DNA of 61,870 nt, the filler included, from Choristocarpus tenellus KU-1152 (taxonomy: Eukaryota; Protista; Phaeophyceae), in NCBI GenBank assembly GCA_964200185.2. It is 7 parts of 7 records of this genome, joined end to end, with 100 filler letters (N's around TTAATTAATTAA, not from the genome) between each part and the next. Parts side by side here need not be neighbours in the genome. Positions count along the whole stretch, not along the records: positions 21,403 to 24,442 come from CAXNAD020022754.1; positions 24,543 to 34,739 come from CAXNAD020003085.1; positions 34,840 to 44,154 come from CAXNAD020003790.1; 4 more parts are not named here. One strand, given 5' to 3'. The translations under genes were made by a program, and so were the position numbers. Every line of letters begins with the position of its first letter. Within the stretch, counting starts at the first letter, position 1. The notes beneath the pieces were generated by a model. It searched no databases and was not told the DNA's origin. It saw only the letters and a program-made list of their open reading frames with translations. Positions 23,622 through 37,250 of this stretch are shown one piece after another.

Positions 23622-23776
23622 TGTTCAAATATCGAATTGGATGAAGTTGTACACTGTTCAAATCTTGGATTGGATGAGGTTGTACATTGTTCAAATATCG
23701 AATTGGATGGAGTTGTACAGTGTTCAAAACTCGAATTGGTTGAAGTTGTACAGTATTTAATTATTGAATTGGATGT
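23622..23776. repeat. 33-bp tandem minisatellite, about 4.7 units
   Basis: Unit approximately tgttcaaatatcgaattggatgaagttgtacac. Confidence 0.85.
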
Positions 23777-24542
23777 GTATTTGTGCGGAAAGGTCGTGGA
23801 TGCATTAACTCCGAATATATCTCTTTGAAATGTGGATCATTATATAGTTATGGATAGGTTGAAGAACAGGCGGACAGACCTCGCCCTTTTTTGTACCAAA
23901 TTTTCTACCCATAAAAACACACTCTGTTAAAAAAACCCAACTTATTGAGGTGTGCTCCAAAGCTATGACCTTCAAGTTTGTAAAAACTAAACTTTGAACG
24001 ATCTTCTGCCCTTCGGTTCTTTCCAAAAATATCTTTTGAGACAATTTTTCCAACCACAGGCCCATAGGTTTGTAAAACCACCTGTTGGACAACCATTTGA
24101 AAAGCACCCCAATCCTATGGTCGTTTAGTTTGTAAAAACTACCTTTTGAACGACCTATCGAAGTGTACTTCCAAACATACCGCTTTGAGGTTTTCCCACA
24201 AGTCCCCCTTTTCGGGCGATTTTTTAAACAACAGAACCATATGTTTGTACAAGCCATCATTTATTTAAGCTACCTTTTCAAACCTATGCTTTTGGGTTCG
24301 CAAAAACCACCTTTTGAATGATCGTCACCTTTTGAAGTGTGCTCCAACCTACCTATTGCCCGTAGGGTGAAGACCCTCAGAGGTGTTTGATGTGAAACGA
24401 AGTATGAGGGTCAAAATATCTGGGGGGGGGGGTGGTTTGTGGNNNNNNNNNNNNNNNNNNNNNNNNNNNNNNNNNNNNNNNNNNNNTTAATTAATTAANN
24501 NNNNNNNNNNNNNNNNNNNNNNNNNNNNNNNNNNNNNNNNNN

Positions 24543-24616
24543 GGTTCCCCACGCGCGTATACTGCTCGCGCCAGTCAAAGCGCGGGAAGAAATACTCGCG
24601 CTATTCGCCTGTAACA
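24543..24616 (-). mobile_element. 5' end of an LTR (family of 712-1155), truncated by contig start
   Basis: Reverse complement reads tgttacaggcgaatagcgcgagtatttcttcc..., matching 712-790. Confidence 0.85.
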
Positions 24617-26581
24617 GTGTATCTCCCGGGTATAAAGGCGCCCCCATTCCGTATTTCATTGATCTCTGCGCAACAACATCACTCACTTACCTCACAGACA
24701 CGCAATTCACACACCAATATTCATACGGAGGAGCACATCATTGACCACTACCACACATACGACAACTTCCTGAGGAAATATCTACACCTCGTGCTGGCAA
24801 AGCTCACATTATTTGAGACCACCTGGGTTTTTTCAAATAGACTGACACCAACTGTACAATTTTTGAAGCGGACACACAATTCTCCTTCACTTACCTACTA
24901 CACTATCTACTATTCAAAATCACCACAACACGTTCTACATCCATATGCACTACCAAACCCTTCCAACAGGTATTGCACGGGAGTCTGTCAATTGTTGTTG
25001 GTGTGTTTTCGGGGTTCCAACTCTTGAAGTAGAGAGTACAATCCCCATCCAGGTGAATACCACTACAGGTCAGTGCTACTTGCATTCCACACTGCTGCCA
25101 CGAAGATGTCTAAGGGAAAATGAACATGCATCTTGTACACAAGCCCACACTAATTGAGTACAATAACCACAACCATCCCCAGTGCAGCATTCAACTTCTT
25201 TTTTTTTCCATCGCCATACAAGCTACCTTCGAAGGTAAGTACACACTATAAGGGGGTATCTCTCGTTGCATTTTGGTCATTTCTCATCTTAACCTGCGAG
25301 TTGAACATATCTAAAATCCACCTGGCATTTTCTGTAGATTATATGTTTTCATCCGTTTTCATACCCTTCCTCTCTACCCCGTGAAGGTGTAGAGCACTTG
25401 CACCCCTTGCAACCATTGGGAACGCAACTTCCCTCATCACCCCAAACCAGCGCCTTCAATCCGTTCCACTTTTTGGGTCTCATCCATAACACAAAAGTAA
25501 AAGCCAAATATAAATCAACTGTTTATCCTCCTTAGTTGGATATCTTGTGCCAACATGAAATAATTATACCATTCTGTAAACCAACTAATGTATACATACG
25601 CACATACGTACAACATTGATACGTGGATACATACATACACAATCACACACACATGCTCATCATGAAATATGCTCAAAGTAGGGGCAGGTCGATTACATAA
25701 AAATTGACTTGATGTGTTATATTGTTAAACTAAGTTGTGGCATGGAACAATGTACTTTACACAGGAATCAACGATTCAGTAACAGAATATCCAGGAGTGA
25801 TGGGCATCACTAGTATTCCTTTCAATTGTTATGTACTCACTTATTCGCATAGAAGCTTGTCCATTACAAATACGATGACCATGATGACGCTCACTATCGA
25901 TGGTGAGGTCACCAGGAAAAGACTCAGACCGATAGGTCCATTGTCCCCACCATGTATGTCTACCTGCTATTAATGCCCTACTCCCTCTAGCTACCAAAAA
26001 ACCCCTTTTGCACTTTCCTCATACTCTCAGTTGTTGTTGATATTCCTCCTTCGTATTATACTTTCTTCATTTTGGGACACAGTTTCCCACATAGACCAAG
26101 TAAAACTACGCTGGAAAATAATGACCATGAAGTTTGATTCACCTATATCTCATACTGTCACAGACACTCTGGTCACCAGACAAGTTTGAGATAAGTGGTC
26201 AACATGACATACAAAATACAACAAGCAAAAATGCTAGCATCTTCTCAAAGAGTGCACAAAGAAAGGAAGCACTCCAGAGAATCTAGCAAGATCAGTACCG
26301 TATTATCTGTCTGCGTGCTGTGTATATGAACGCACCAATAGAATATTCCTCACTGTGGTATGGAACACCATGGTGATGAAGGTACAAGGTCACATTGGTT
26401 TTCCCATCCCTTCACTTCAGGGGGGACATGAGACTCACAAGCACATCATACACAAGGAAGTAGCAAACATTTTGCACACTGGGTACAATTCCCTGCAGCC
26501 TTGTGAGCAATGTCTTGATCTCTTTCTTCCATTAGGCCAAGCTGCTTTAAGCATGATCATCACTCCTACAGTGCGCACCAG

Positions 26582-29500
26582 TCACATGATCGGTTGTCTT
26601 TTCTCAAGGAGCTGATATACACTCAGGGCGTACCTGGAGGGAAATGTGGGGGAATGGTAAAATAGACACAAGAACACAAACAGCAGGCGCTGAAGCTCTT
26701 CATTTGATTAAGTAAATTCTACACTACAAAACGAACCAACCTATTTTAACTATCTTCTTACCACATTCGGTTGAGGTAGCAGAAAACAAAAATTGTTCTT
26801 CACTCATATGGGGTTGTTAGAGAGGAGTGCACAATCGAAGCCGTGTTTTCAGTTTGCGTAGAACTGCATGACCTTTGAGCGCTCCAGATACCATACTCTT
26901 TCAACAAAATATAATACGAACAAGTTTTGGTTCTCTTGTCAAGTCATCTGAGATATGGCCCAAAGTATCTGGGGGTGGGGGGTGGTGGCTGTCCATTTTG
27001 GGTCATTTTTTTCATGTCGCCATATTTGGGTGATTTGGTTGCATATGTCGGATGGATAATGTAACTGCACTTTTCCTGATTCTGGTCCAAATGGACATCA
27101 TGGTGTAGTTCCCCCCCTCCCCCCAGATACTTTGGGTCATATCGAGATGGTACCTCAAACTTCAAATATAAACTTTGAATGTACTAATGGTGTAACCCTG
27201 CAAATTACTTCAATACCATGTCCAAACCTACCCTGGTGGTCCCAAACTATAACCATGCCTCGAAATGGTTACTATTCTCAAGTTAGCAATGGTATACTCA
27301 AATGGTACTTTCTGTTTAGGTGTAACATCATCATAACCAACATAGTTGATCAGTTTAATTGCTGCACCCTAGAAACACATTCTGAATTATCCATACTTCT
27401 CCATGACATATTTCCATGAAATTCGTACACCTATCCAAAATTCATCGATCCTTGGTATCACTGTCCTTATAATGTATGACACTGGATACATGTCTCAATC
27501 TTTGTGGATCCTATTCTCCTCAAACCTCACAGCACAATATAATGTTCCTAGGCAATATTAAAATCAAAGAGATTATTTTCTACCACCTGATGTGCGCACC
27601 TCATTTGAATGTCCTCAGGCCAGTTCTTGCTAAACCAATGTATATCCCGAAGGTAGTTATCTCCAGTCTGCATCCACTCTAGATTTTCCCTTACCGTACT
27701 CTTACTGGATATGGGTGATCCATCCCTCAGGTAGTCGCGGATATATTGCTGAGGGACGGGGGAGGAGGGGGAGTGTTGAACTATGTGTTACTACCCCCTG
27801 ACGTGGAATTTTCGAGATAACTTTGTGCAACTTCTACAGCATTGTCCAAGCTTAAAAAAATATTTCCCACGAGTAGATCAAAGGGCTCAACTACATTTAA
27901 GGTTGGGGAATTATTCAAAATACTATTAGTGATATTGTTTCTTTGAATGGTTCACCAAGGTTCAAAAATCAGCTATTGTGCCTGTATCTTTTTTCGTACA
28001 CCGCTGAAGGGAGTAGATCCTCTCTACAAATTGGATGTATTTGTTGTGCAAACCCATACTTACAACTCTACAAGTAATGAACCACCAGGTGTGGTCTATT
28101 GAGCAGGAACATATGCTGTCTCACAAGGAAAAACAACCATAGCACCCGAGAGTTCAAATGATTTAAAGGAGTATGAATTGTGGAGCACTTGAAGTCCCTG
28201 CTTTGTTTGAAGTTATTGACTCAAGGACGTGTGAACCTTTACATGGGAGAAGGGTGCAAACCCGACGACGGACATGACGACCAACAGATAGACTTAGTTG
28301 TAGGGTCAACCAAAAATATGCTGAGGTTATGTTGTTGCCACATGAATACTGCCGTGTTGAGACTAAATTTGTCAAATATTTTGAAACCACTGTAGGGGTA
28401 GACATTGCGACCCAGCTTCATTCGTGGACTACCTCTCAACTTCCTGTGCGCTCTTACCGAGCAGTCGTCTCAATCTTTGCGTTTCCCATTGTGCCTACGC
28501 TCCATACCCTCCTATAACAACCTAATCTTATCCTCCTGCTATAGGCAGTCGGAAAACCTATCTGACCAAGATTCCATCCCATCCTCTGATTTCTCAAGCA
28601 TTAAGATGCGACTGTTCAACCGGGGGCAGATAGACACAAAAGTGAAGGTCCTAGCGAGGGTTGGATGGTAAGTATGATTTCCCAGCAACAATATCGCAGG
28701 AGTCTCCAGAGCTGACCTGTCAAACATATTACCAGGGTCCTAGAATACGTACAATGAAGCGATCAGTACTGGGCCATACCTTGAAAAGTGGAAGAAGCAC
28801 GTCCAGTTCCATTTCATCCGCAGCCTGTCGAACCTGTGCTGCTGCTTGGTCTGGGAGCTTTTCACGGAATCGTCTACATATGCCAGACGTCCACTCTTTT
28901 TCCGTCCGAGCTAAGGCAAGGTCCCATAGATCATGGAGATGTTTCAGGCGAGTATGCCTTGTAACAGCGGGGGGTAACCCCTTTCCTTTATAACCATCGC
29001 TGCCATCCCTATGACTGCTTCTTACCCTCAGCACGTCCCACATGAAATCAGACAACAAGATGTTGGCGGTTTCTTGTGACAAAGTCTGCACCAGATTTCC
29101 TCCAACAGATGCCAAGATACTGATGACAGGGTCTAATACCTCGAGCAGAGACTGCGCAAGAGAAGGCGTGCAAAGATCCCTGCCCAGTCGTGTAAAGGGT
29201 TCATGGAGGTTTGAAAATGGTTAGTATAGGTGACGTGACACAAAGCACTTGGAGCAGATGTATGAAGCGAGCGTATGTATATTGTAATACCAATTATCAA
29301 CAGGGAAAATTGAGTGGAAGGAATTTCACACTGCAGCAAGACCACTACATTCCAGAAATTGTCTTGAGATCGAAGTGCTCAATACCTGCTTAGATTACTT
29401 CGGACTTGGTAAGCTCAGGGTTAGGCCAAGCAGGATGCTTGGTGCTGAATGTATCGAGGGGTGAAGGAAGTTCAAGATATGGTCTTTACGATTGAAGGTT

Positions 29501-32500
29501 TTCTTAGCACAGGTCAGACTACAAATAATTGGGTAAGACAGAGTTAGGGTTAGGGTAAACAAGATTTGTCTAAATGTGCGCATCTTCCCAGGCATTTCAA
29601 ACTATCCGAGCAACGGCTGGATTGCTAAGACCGAGCAGGCAATCTTCAGGCCAATTCTGTAGGGGTGCCACAGACCCTCAGTAGATCATTACTCCATGTC
29701 CTACTGCTTCAGATACGAATTCCATTATTGTTTTCATTGCAAAGGTAAAGTTTATCATCACGTTAATGTATTTGTTTTCCTGAAGCTGAAAAATATCCAC
29801 GTCGTATTCTTGAAGAAATTGGTTTTGCACCAAAGAACGTAATTAAGCCTGAGTTGGAAATCCTCTACCTCAGAAGACAGAGAAAAAAATATCAATAATT
29901 TCTGGTGATTGAGTGCTCTTGACCAAGTCCAAAATTGAGAAAGTTACAGAAGAATATTCATACTTATATACTCATACAAAAACACTTAATAGGTCTAAGG
30001 TTTCTACGATTTCATATACCTTGATCCTTACCTGGCAATGACCTCCTTTTCACTCTGGGGTAGAGCCTCCTGCCGAACCTTCAAGTCGAGCTTTGTCAAC
30101 AGTGCCTCGCCGCCACTCTCATCCCCCCGGTACGAAAACTGAAGGTCGTCTTCGTCCAGGCGCACAATCGGGACACCTGATAGAACCACCTTTTGTGACC
30201 AGTGAAAACGCTTAGTGTTAATCTAAACTGAAACATTAACAAAAGCAAAGATCCAGCATCAAATCAGACTGCCGGAAACGTATACCTGTGGACAATAGTT
30301 GCAATCCTGGTTCATTGTAATTTCGCAATGTAATACAGAATCCCGAGGGAGGAACGACCACCCCTCAAAACTCTCAACCTGTCTTTCATCAGGGCTAGAT
30401 TATCAAGCTAGTACGGATTAATACGAGTTTAAAAATGCAGGTCGAAAAAATCATTCCTAAGACAGAACTATTGTACAGAAATATCATCTCCTTGGTGGCC
30501 CAGGCGGTAGTTTGTGTTGAGGCAAATGTTGTATTTTTTGGTATGAGGTAAAAAAGGCAAGACTCAGCAAGGACACAATTGTTACCGCACCTTGGTAAGA
30601 TGCGATTCTGCTTTGACAAAGTTGAAGGAGACACGATGACCAGTTTTCTCACAGCACTATGTTGACCGAATAAACAAATGAAACACAGCAAGAGAGGTGT
30701 ATCAAGGTGTACAAGAGAATGATGAAAGAATATTAAAATTAGAATAAGGACATCAAAACGTGTCTTCCTTTTCTCGAAATTTGCGTCTATGAGAGACCTA
30801 TCGAGCATGCTATACTCCAGCACATCTTCAACCTCACATTTTCTCTGAAACAGCAGAGGACGACCGTTTTGTGATCAACATTTCTAGTATATTACAGTTA
30901 TTGGTGACCATATGTGACACGAGCATAGATGGATTTAGACCAAAGCACTTCCTAGTGCTTCAGCTTGTCAATTTCAAAATTGATGTTGCACTGCATAGGA
31001 GAGATCCACATTTTTTCACTTCTTTGCACAAACTATCTAGCTCCTTAACCCTAGCCCAAACTTGTGTGTGCAAAATAACCCTAACCCTAACCCGAGTTAC
31101 CATGGATTGATGTACATACTCAAAAATGATTCTTTCATATGGAGGAAGTTTATTGCCTAGACCTACCTGTGATTCTAGCAATGGCGACAACCTGTGCTCC
31201 ACGTCAAAATCAATGGCATGTGCTTCAGTCATGTGGAGAGTCTTCACCTCCTCCTCGCTCTCAGTTTCTCCTTCTAAGGTCTGCTGTTGTGTCATGTCCA
31301 AATGAGGAGTATGTCACTGCCCACACCAGATGAATTATCTACAGTTATAACTACAGGTTTAGGATGAGTGGGCTTTCTTAGAGATTGGAGGATTCTTCCG
31401 TAACAAAAAACACTCCATACCTATATCTGGGGTATCCTTGCACAGGAAAAAGTGAGCAAAATCGGAAGAGCACAATTCATGATCATATAACATATATTTT
31501 TCACACTCGGCAAAGCAATTCGAGGAGCCAAATCTTTTGACCTCCATTTGAAACATAAAACAAAGCTAGATTTGGAAATTCCCAATACAGGGCCATCACA
31601 CATTAACCCCAGGTTGAAAACAAACGAGAAAACGCATACAAATGCCTCCAATACGCTTCTTACTCACAGAAGCACTGCGACCAGCTCGGACTAGCTCGTT
31701 GTGTTGACCCATAACTTGAGTTAGAAGGGCCAGGAGGAATATCCCCTCATCCTGCTTTGATGGGATTAGGAACGATAGTCGAGTGTCCTTGCCAACCGAC
31801 CTCTGAAAACAGGAATACACATCAAACGTTGAATAAGCAACAAGATATGAGTATGTTTGTCTCTATATGCACTATCATAGAGATTGTTGCATTCCTCAGA
31901 ATAAAGGTCAGGAAAGATTGGGAGTGATCATTTTGTATTTCCGGATTGTGAGTCTTGGTCAGTGATGCGTCTGTTGTGTGGAAAAGTACTATCAGCTACA
32001 GAGATCGAATAGAACGCAACCAGACGTTTTCATCGAATTACTTGTGTCAGACAAGAATAGTTGCTACACCCCTCTTGCATGTAAAATATTTTGGAGTTAT
32101 ACGAAGTTAAGGCATATCCCTTGAAGTGTGCAAGAGCTCAACATAAGACGGTAGCAGTGCCAGAAAATTGGATCCAAACTCCGGGCATAGTCCCATAAAG
32201 ACATCGTTAATGATCTTATCCACCTGTCTGAAATGTTCAGGGATTTCCTGGCACCCCCAGCGTTTCACCAGGATTTGTCCGCATTGCCAAAATTGACAAA
32301 ATCCCTTAAATGTGGCTTGCCATGTCCTCTGATCTCCCTGCAATGGTTTGGTGGATTTTTAGTGATTTATGTGCAGCAATCATTTCGATGTTATTGACAA
32401 TTCGATGGGCAAGGTACTCTTGACTGCTTTGCATTTGTTTCATACCTGGCTAGTATTTTGTTGAAGGAAATTGAATGATCATGTGGAGAACTACACTCTA

Positions 32501-33951
32501 GAGTGACATATTTTTCTGAGGATTCTTACATATTTGCAATTAGCAATCAGCAAAACACTTAGTGCTACAGCATTGCATCATTTGCAATAGAGGCAATTTG
32601 GTGCTGCTTTGCAAAAGTGCTGTCTCCCTAGCTGAAACAAACATGTAGTACTGATATAATCTCCAGTGGAAGAAGGGGAAAAAATGGTCGAGCTCTGTAG
32701 AGAATTGCTCGTCGTACCTTCTAGCAACAAAGCTTGCATCTCTATCACCTTTCGGTAAGATTCAAACGAAAGACAACTTCAATTGCATGAGAAATCTTTC
32801 TAGAAAAAAACAGTCCCGACTAAGTTCTCTCACTACTACTGTGGCCCTCTCCAAAGCTGTATGTGCAGTCCATGATCGGGCCTGGTGGCGGTCAATCTTG
32901 CCTCCAAAGCGCCATTTCAACAGGTGAACCTGAGAAAAGCAACAGATAAATGTGTACTCAATATAATATAAGGTAGGTCAGCTTATTTGTGTAGTCAGAA
33001 TTAGATTGAGTGTCCTACCATAACGTTTCATCCTAGAGGTACGTTCAGACATACCAAAGACCTTTTCCCTGAATCATCATTCTCTACCTTTCGAGCAAGA
33101 TTTCAGCTCTGTACCATAGTGTTCAAGTAAAGTAAAAGCCAGGTCATGCACAACCATAACGCTGAGTTGAGAAAATAATATAGAAAAGTTCAAAGGAGGT
33201 ATCAACCCCAATCCCTGTCGGCAAATTACTTGAACCTGCCCCCTGAACTGTTGGGGACCAACAAGAAAAAATTAAGGAGCTCCACGAGGCTTGTAGATGT
33301 TTCTGAAAGTGCAAGTATGGTACAAAGTTCACTCTTTGATGTACAAATACTGCACCCATCGTAGAGCAGCAGGAAGGTGGCGCAGTGCTCCATGAACTGG
33401 CTGTAGGTCCTCCTCTGTCAGCATCTTCAAAAGGGGCATCTTGAGTCGCTCTCTTTGGTCAAGGTGAAGGAAAGCATCCTTAAACCTCTCCATGTAGAAT
33501 GTGTGACAGAGATCCCATAGTCCTAAATCCTTCTGTTGATGACGGGTGTGACGCAAGTTGATACAGGAAATATCAAAGACATGTTAGGAGAGAGATTTGG
33601 CTCTATCTGTATCAGTCAAATACGTGTGGTACTTGGCATTGCTCACACTACCTCCAAAACACACCAGGCAATGTGATGCAAGACATGGGGTTATTAGGCA
33701 CACGCATATTACAGCCTTATTCTGAAATGACCCACTCACTCTGACTCCTTTATTCTCGTTTACTTCAGTCTCAGTCAGCAACTCCGTCACCAACATTGCT
33801 GCATCTCCCCCTTTCCGTAGCTCCTGGGCAGCAAGGTCTATCCTTCTCTTAACAACTGCTTTCCCCCCAGTTGTAATATGCAGGTGCATGTCGCAAAAGT
33901 CTCCTTCCCAGTTTGTACGTTCTGCTTCTCCTTTCAGGTTTAGTGAGCCCC
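26582..33951 (-). CDS. RNF213 (mysterin)-like giant E3 ubiquitin ligase, C-terminal part; exons ~33745-33951, ~33357-33533, ~32835-32929, ~32225-32338, ~31668-31803, 31167-~31280, 30591-30656, 30032-30189, 28780-29179, 27600-27748, 26582-26633
   Basis: Spliced translation follows the RNF213 C-terminus (recalled) block by block: ERTNWEGDF; ALRHLPAALRW; FKGFCQFW; LSFLIPSKQDEGIFLLALLTQVMGQHNELV; MTEAHAIDFDVEHRLSPLLESQCC; FNFVKAE; LLEVLDPVISILASVGGN; RLKHLHDLW; GICRRFREKL; WFSKNWPEDIQMRYALSVYQLL, then stop. Splice phases are consistent for the last six exons. Confidence 0.8.
26945..27149. mobile_element. MITE family B copy in the last RNF213-like intron
   Basis: TIRs catctgagatatggcccaaagtatctggggg / cccccagatactttgggtcatatcgagatg. 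Confidence 0.85.
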
Positions 33952-34143
33952 TGTAAAGGGAATTATAAAAAAATACCTCCAGTGTCACTAAGTCAATTGC
34001 GACAATAGAAATAGGTGATACGTACAACAGTGGTGCTGCGTTGTCCAACAAAGGAGTTTGATGGTCGAGGTACATTTACACCTGAGGGTAGTTCAAAGTT
34101 TGAGAAAATCAGAGCAGATACAACCGCTGTATCCATTGATCAC

Positions 34144-34398
34144 GAGCCAAAGCACTTGAGAGGGTAGGGCCACTTTCGTTTGGGGTCCAAAATCAAAAGT
34201 TGCGACTTTGATGAATTTTGTCTGTCGTGTTTGGTAGCAGGCGCCCATACCCTTGCTCCAGACAAATCCTTTCCGAAATATTTCGGAGTAGATAACCAGG
34301 TTCACACAGAAAAAAGAAAAGGGGCACAAACTCCCATGGGAAGCCAAGCCGAACAGACAAACAGTAAAAAACTACCACCCTCTTTAAATCTTTTACTC
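34144..34398 (+). mobile_element. MITE family A copy (diverged)
   Basis: gagccaaagcacttgagaggg ... ccctctttaaatcttttactc; TSD CAC. Confidence 0.8.
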
Positions 34399-34705
34399 CA
34401 CCATAGTCTGTCTTCTATTGATGAGATATACTGTGGATGCTAGGTCAACAACTGACCCATGATATGCAAGACACTGCATGCATGGATATGGTTGATGTAA
34501 CACACTATACAGGAAATGGAATACACTTCCAGATCAGTACAAAGATTGTGCTCATGAGCAATGCCTGAGTCAATATTTTGAGATTTGGGTCGAAATATTA
34601 TTCATTTGGTAGCCTGCCTAATAATATTCAAGATCAAAAACTAAGAAGTGAACATCAAGAAGCAAACTGCGGCAACAAGTTTCGTTCTGGGCACATACTC
34701 AGGAG

Positions 34706-34739
34706 ACCCAAAGTATCTGGGGGGGGGGAGTCTCTACAC
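34706..34739. mobile_element. MITE family B end at the contig break; a similar end lies at 24409-24442
   Basis: acccaaagtatctggggggggggag running into the gap. Confidence 0.6.
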
Positions 34740-36599
34740 NNNNNNNNNNNNNNNNNNNNNNNNNNNNNNNNNNNNNNNNNNNNTTAATTAATTAANNNNN
34801 NNNNNNNNNNNNNNNNNNNNNNNNNNNNNNNNNNNNNNNGGAGTGCAAAGGGGGGGGGGGAAGTGAAGGTGATGGTCAGGAATCGACATGGTGACTCTCT
34901 CTCCCCTGTCTCCTTGAATATACCATGGAGTGCTGTGCATGTTGAGCCCTTTTTCACCTTGGCGATGGATATATATACACACTTTTTTGCTCATCCCTGA
35001 GGTTTCGAGGATAGGTATACACGTTGATACTGATATGCTACACATGTACTCCGTCCGCTGTCTCCTTGCTCACCTTCTCGCCCCCCCCTCCCCCTCTCCC
35101 CCAACAGATCATAAGGTGGACTGCGTAACGTGATAGGATCCGACTTTGCGTATCTACTGTATGTCCCTTCAACAATATCCTGCACTCACTCTCCCCTCCC
35201 CTTCACCGTGCAACCCCTCAATAATCTCGCCTTCCGATGAAATGTAAAGGGAGGGAGTTCTCAAGCTGGGCATATTGAACGGCACCTTCAGCTTCCCCCG
35301 AGGGTGTCGCCACGGTGGAACAGAATTTTCCACTGCCTTTTGTGATTTTATCACTTGGATGCTAAATGTCGCCCCTGCAGAGCGACCACGATGCCCTGAG
35401 GTCATTGAAAGGACCCAGGAACTCATCACTCGCAGGAGATGATGGTGATAAAAGACTACTAGAAAAAAAAATAACCTGTATTTCGATGAGCTTTCATGGC
35501 GCCACTATCTATCTCATGACATGGAAGACTGTTCTAACTCGAGACAACATGAGAAACCAGTTTACAAAAGTGGATGGTGGATTATGCACACGTAAAGTGC
35601 TTTTGATCATGTGCAATGTTTGTTTCGTTGCAAGTGACCAATCATGTGAAGCCATTTTAACGCGTGCATCAAGGATGTGGCCACGCGGACAGGGACGGAT
35701 ATATAACCAAATAAGGGGTGCTGTGTTGGAGAAAGAGTTATGTGGAGTTGTGCGCTCACGGATTTACTCACTGTCTCTTTCTGTGTCTTATAATATTTCT
35801 GTGCCATCCTTGTGGGCAGGGAGTTGCGTCATCATGAGGGACAGTCCAGGGATAGATGACTGTAGTACAATTTATTACTAGTCTTTTACAAGGCAGATCA
35901 TTTAGACAGCTATATCCTCTTTCTGTGAAAGAGGTAAATGTTCTCAATATTGTATTGAACGGCAACAATTTGGAGCGATTACACCACTTTAGTAGATGGA
36001 ACGGTGAAACCCCTCACCGACACATATTACATGGTGTTGTTTGATTTGGTGACAGTTTATTCTACTAATTCTTGCTCATACAGAGTTTCAGTAGTTTTAG
36101 AGGTGTGATATTTGATATCTTGAGGGTAACATTTGTACCACAGAACTCCACCTATTACAATGTACCAACCAGCAAGTATGGCAGGATTTTTTCTTAACTG
36201 TGTGTTGGTCATCAAAAGGCAAATATAGCCCATGCCTTTGACCTCCTTCTCCTCGTGCCCACATACAAGGAACAAGGTTCACTTTCGCACTCTTCAGTTT
36301 CTCTCAGCAATCTAACTACACTTCGGTAGTTGTCTACTTCTGTCGATACTTCTCCTAGCTCACTTCTCATCGCACAGGCCTGGAATAGACAGGAAGGAGG
36401 GGGTCAAGCAAGGTAGGCCCAATACAGGTGGATGTCTATGATCTGCTGTGTTTTTTTCCTTACCCCAAATAATTGGTGTATCACAAGTAAACTCTGTTTC
36501 TGTGAGTGCTGATACAAAACATACATCAACCGACAGTTACATGTACTCTTTCATGCAGTCAGTAGGGCAGCCAATGTTAACTTGTTATTGTATGGTACA

Positions 36600-37250
36600 C
36601 AGTATCATGAGTCAGGAAGAGGTAGTGGCATCATGTGACTCAGCACAGCGTTGAGTGGTTGAGGGTGTGGCTAGTTCTGTGTGGGATGTGAACAATAACT
36701 CGGTGTTGCTTCAGCTAATCCCATCATCAATTCAGCATTGAGGCTCATTTTCCGTGATCTTTCAACACGTTTTAGTGACTTCATTATCTCTACCTGGAGG
36801 AGGGGCAAAGTTGGGTTGGACCTTTTGGACGATCAACCCATACTCAATAGGAATGACCTCAGAAGGTTTTTCGATCAAGATACAGTTCACTGAAGAATAT
36901 TGTGTGGATTGACTTGCCACCAAGAGCTACTATTTGGGGGTGAAGACAGACTGGGATATAGCGCTGGGAGTGGAAGGTTGCAACCTCTTCTCACCATGGC
37001 TTGTTCAGCAAGTAGGAAGATGTGGCAGCAGAGGATGTTGTGAAGCTGACGATGAACACAAATAGTTTGTACCGCTCCATCGTCAGGAGTGCTCATCACC
37101 ATTGTGTGTATGGGTGCAGTGTAGGTCACATTTCTTGGTACACTCTGATGATGAGATGGCAAGACCTGAAAGTAAGGTCTTCAGTATTTGCATGTTACAG
37201 GGGGCAGTGACCAGAAGGACTCCTCTTCCACAATGGATGTGATGGTCAAG
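36600..37250 (+). pseudogene. Highly decayed copia-like RT/RNase H fragments
   Basis: LYRSIVRS resembles the copia YRSIVGSL motif; the rest is heavily degenerate. Confidence 0.35.

Noticed and set aside
23622-23776. 33-bp repeats as a CRISPR array or repeat protein
   Set aside because: Units are contiguous with no unique spacers, no cas genes are present, and there is no convincing gene context.
30395-30850. ORF MLEYSMLDRSLIDANF... as an RNF213-like exon
   Set aside because: A different-frame exon (30591-30656) has proper splice sites and fits the homology better.
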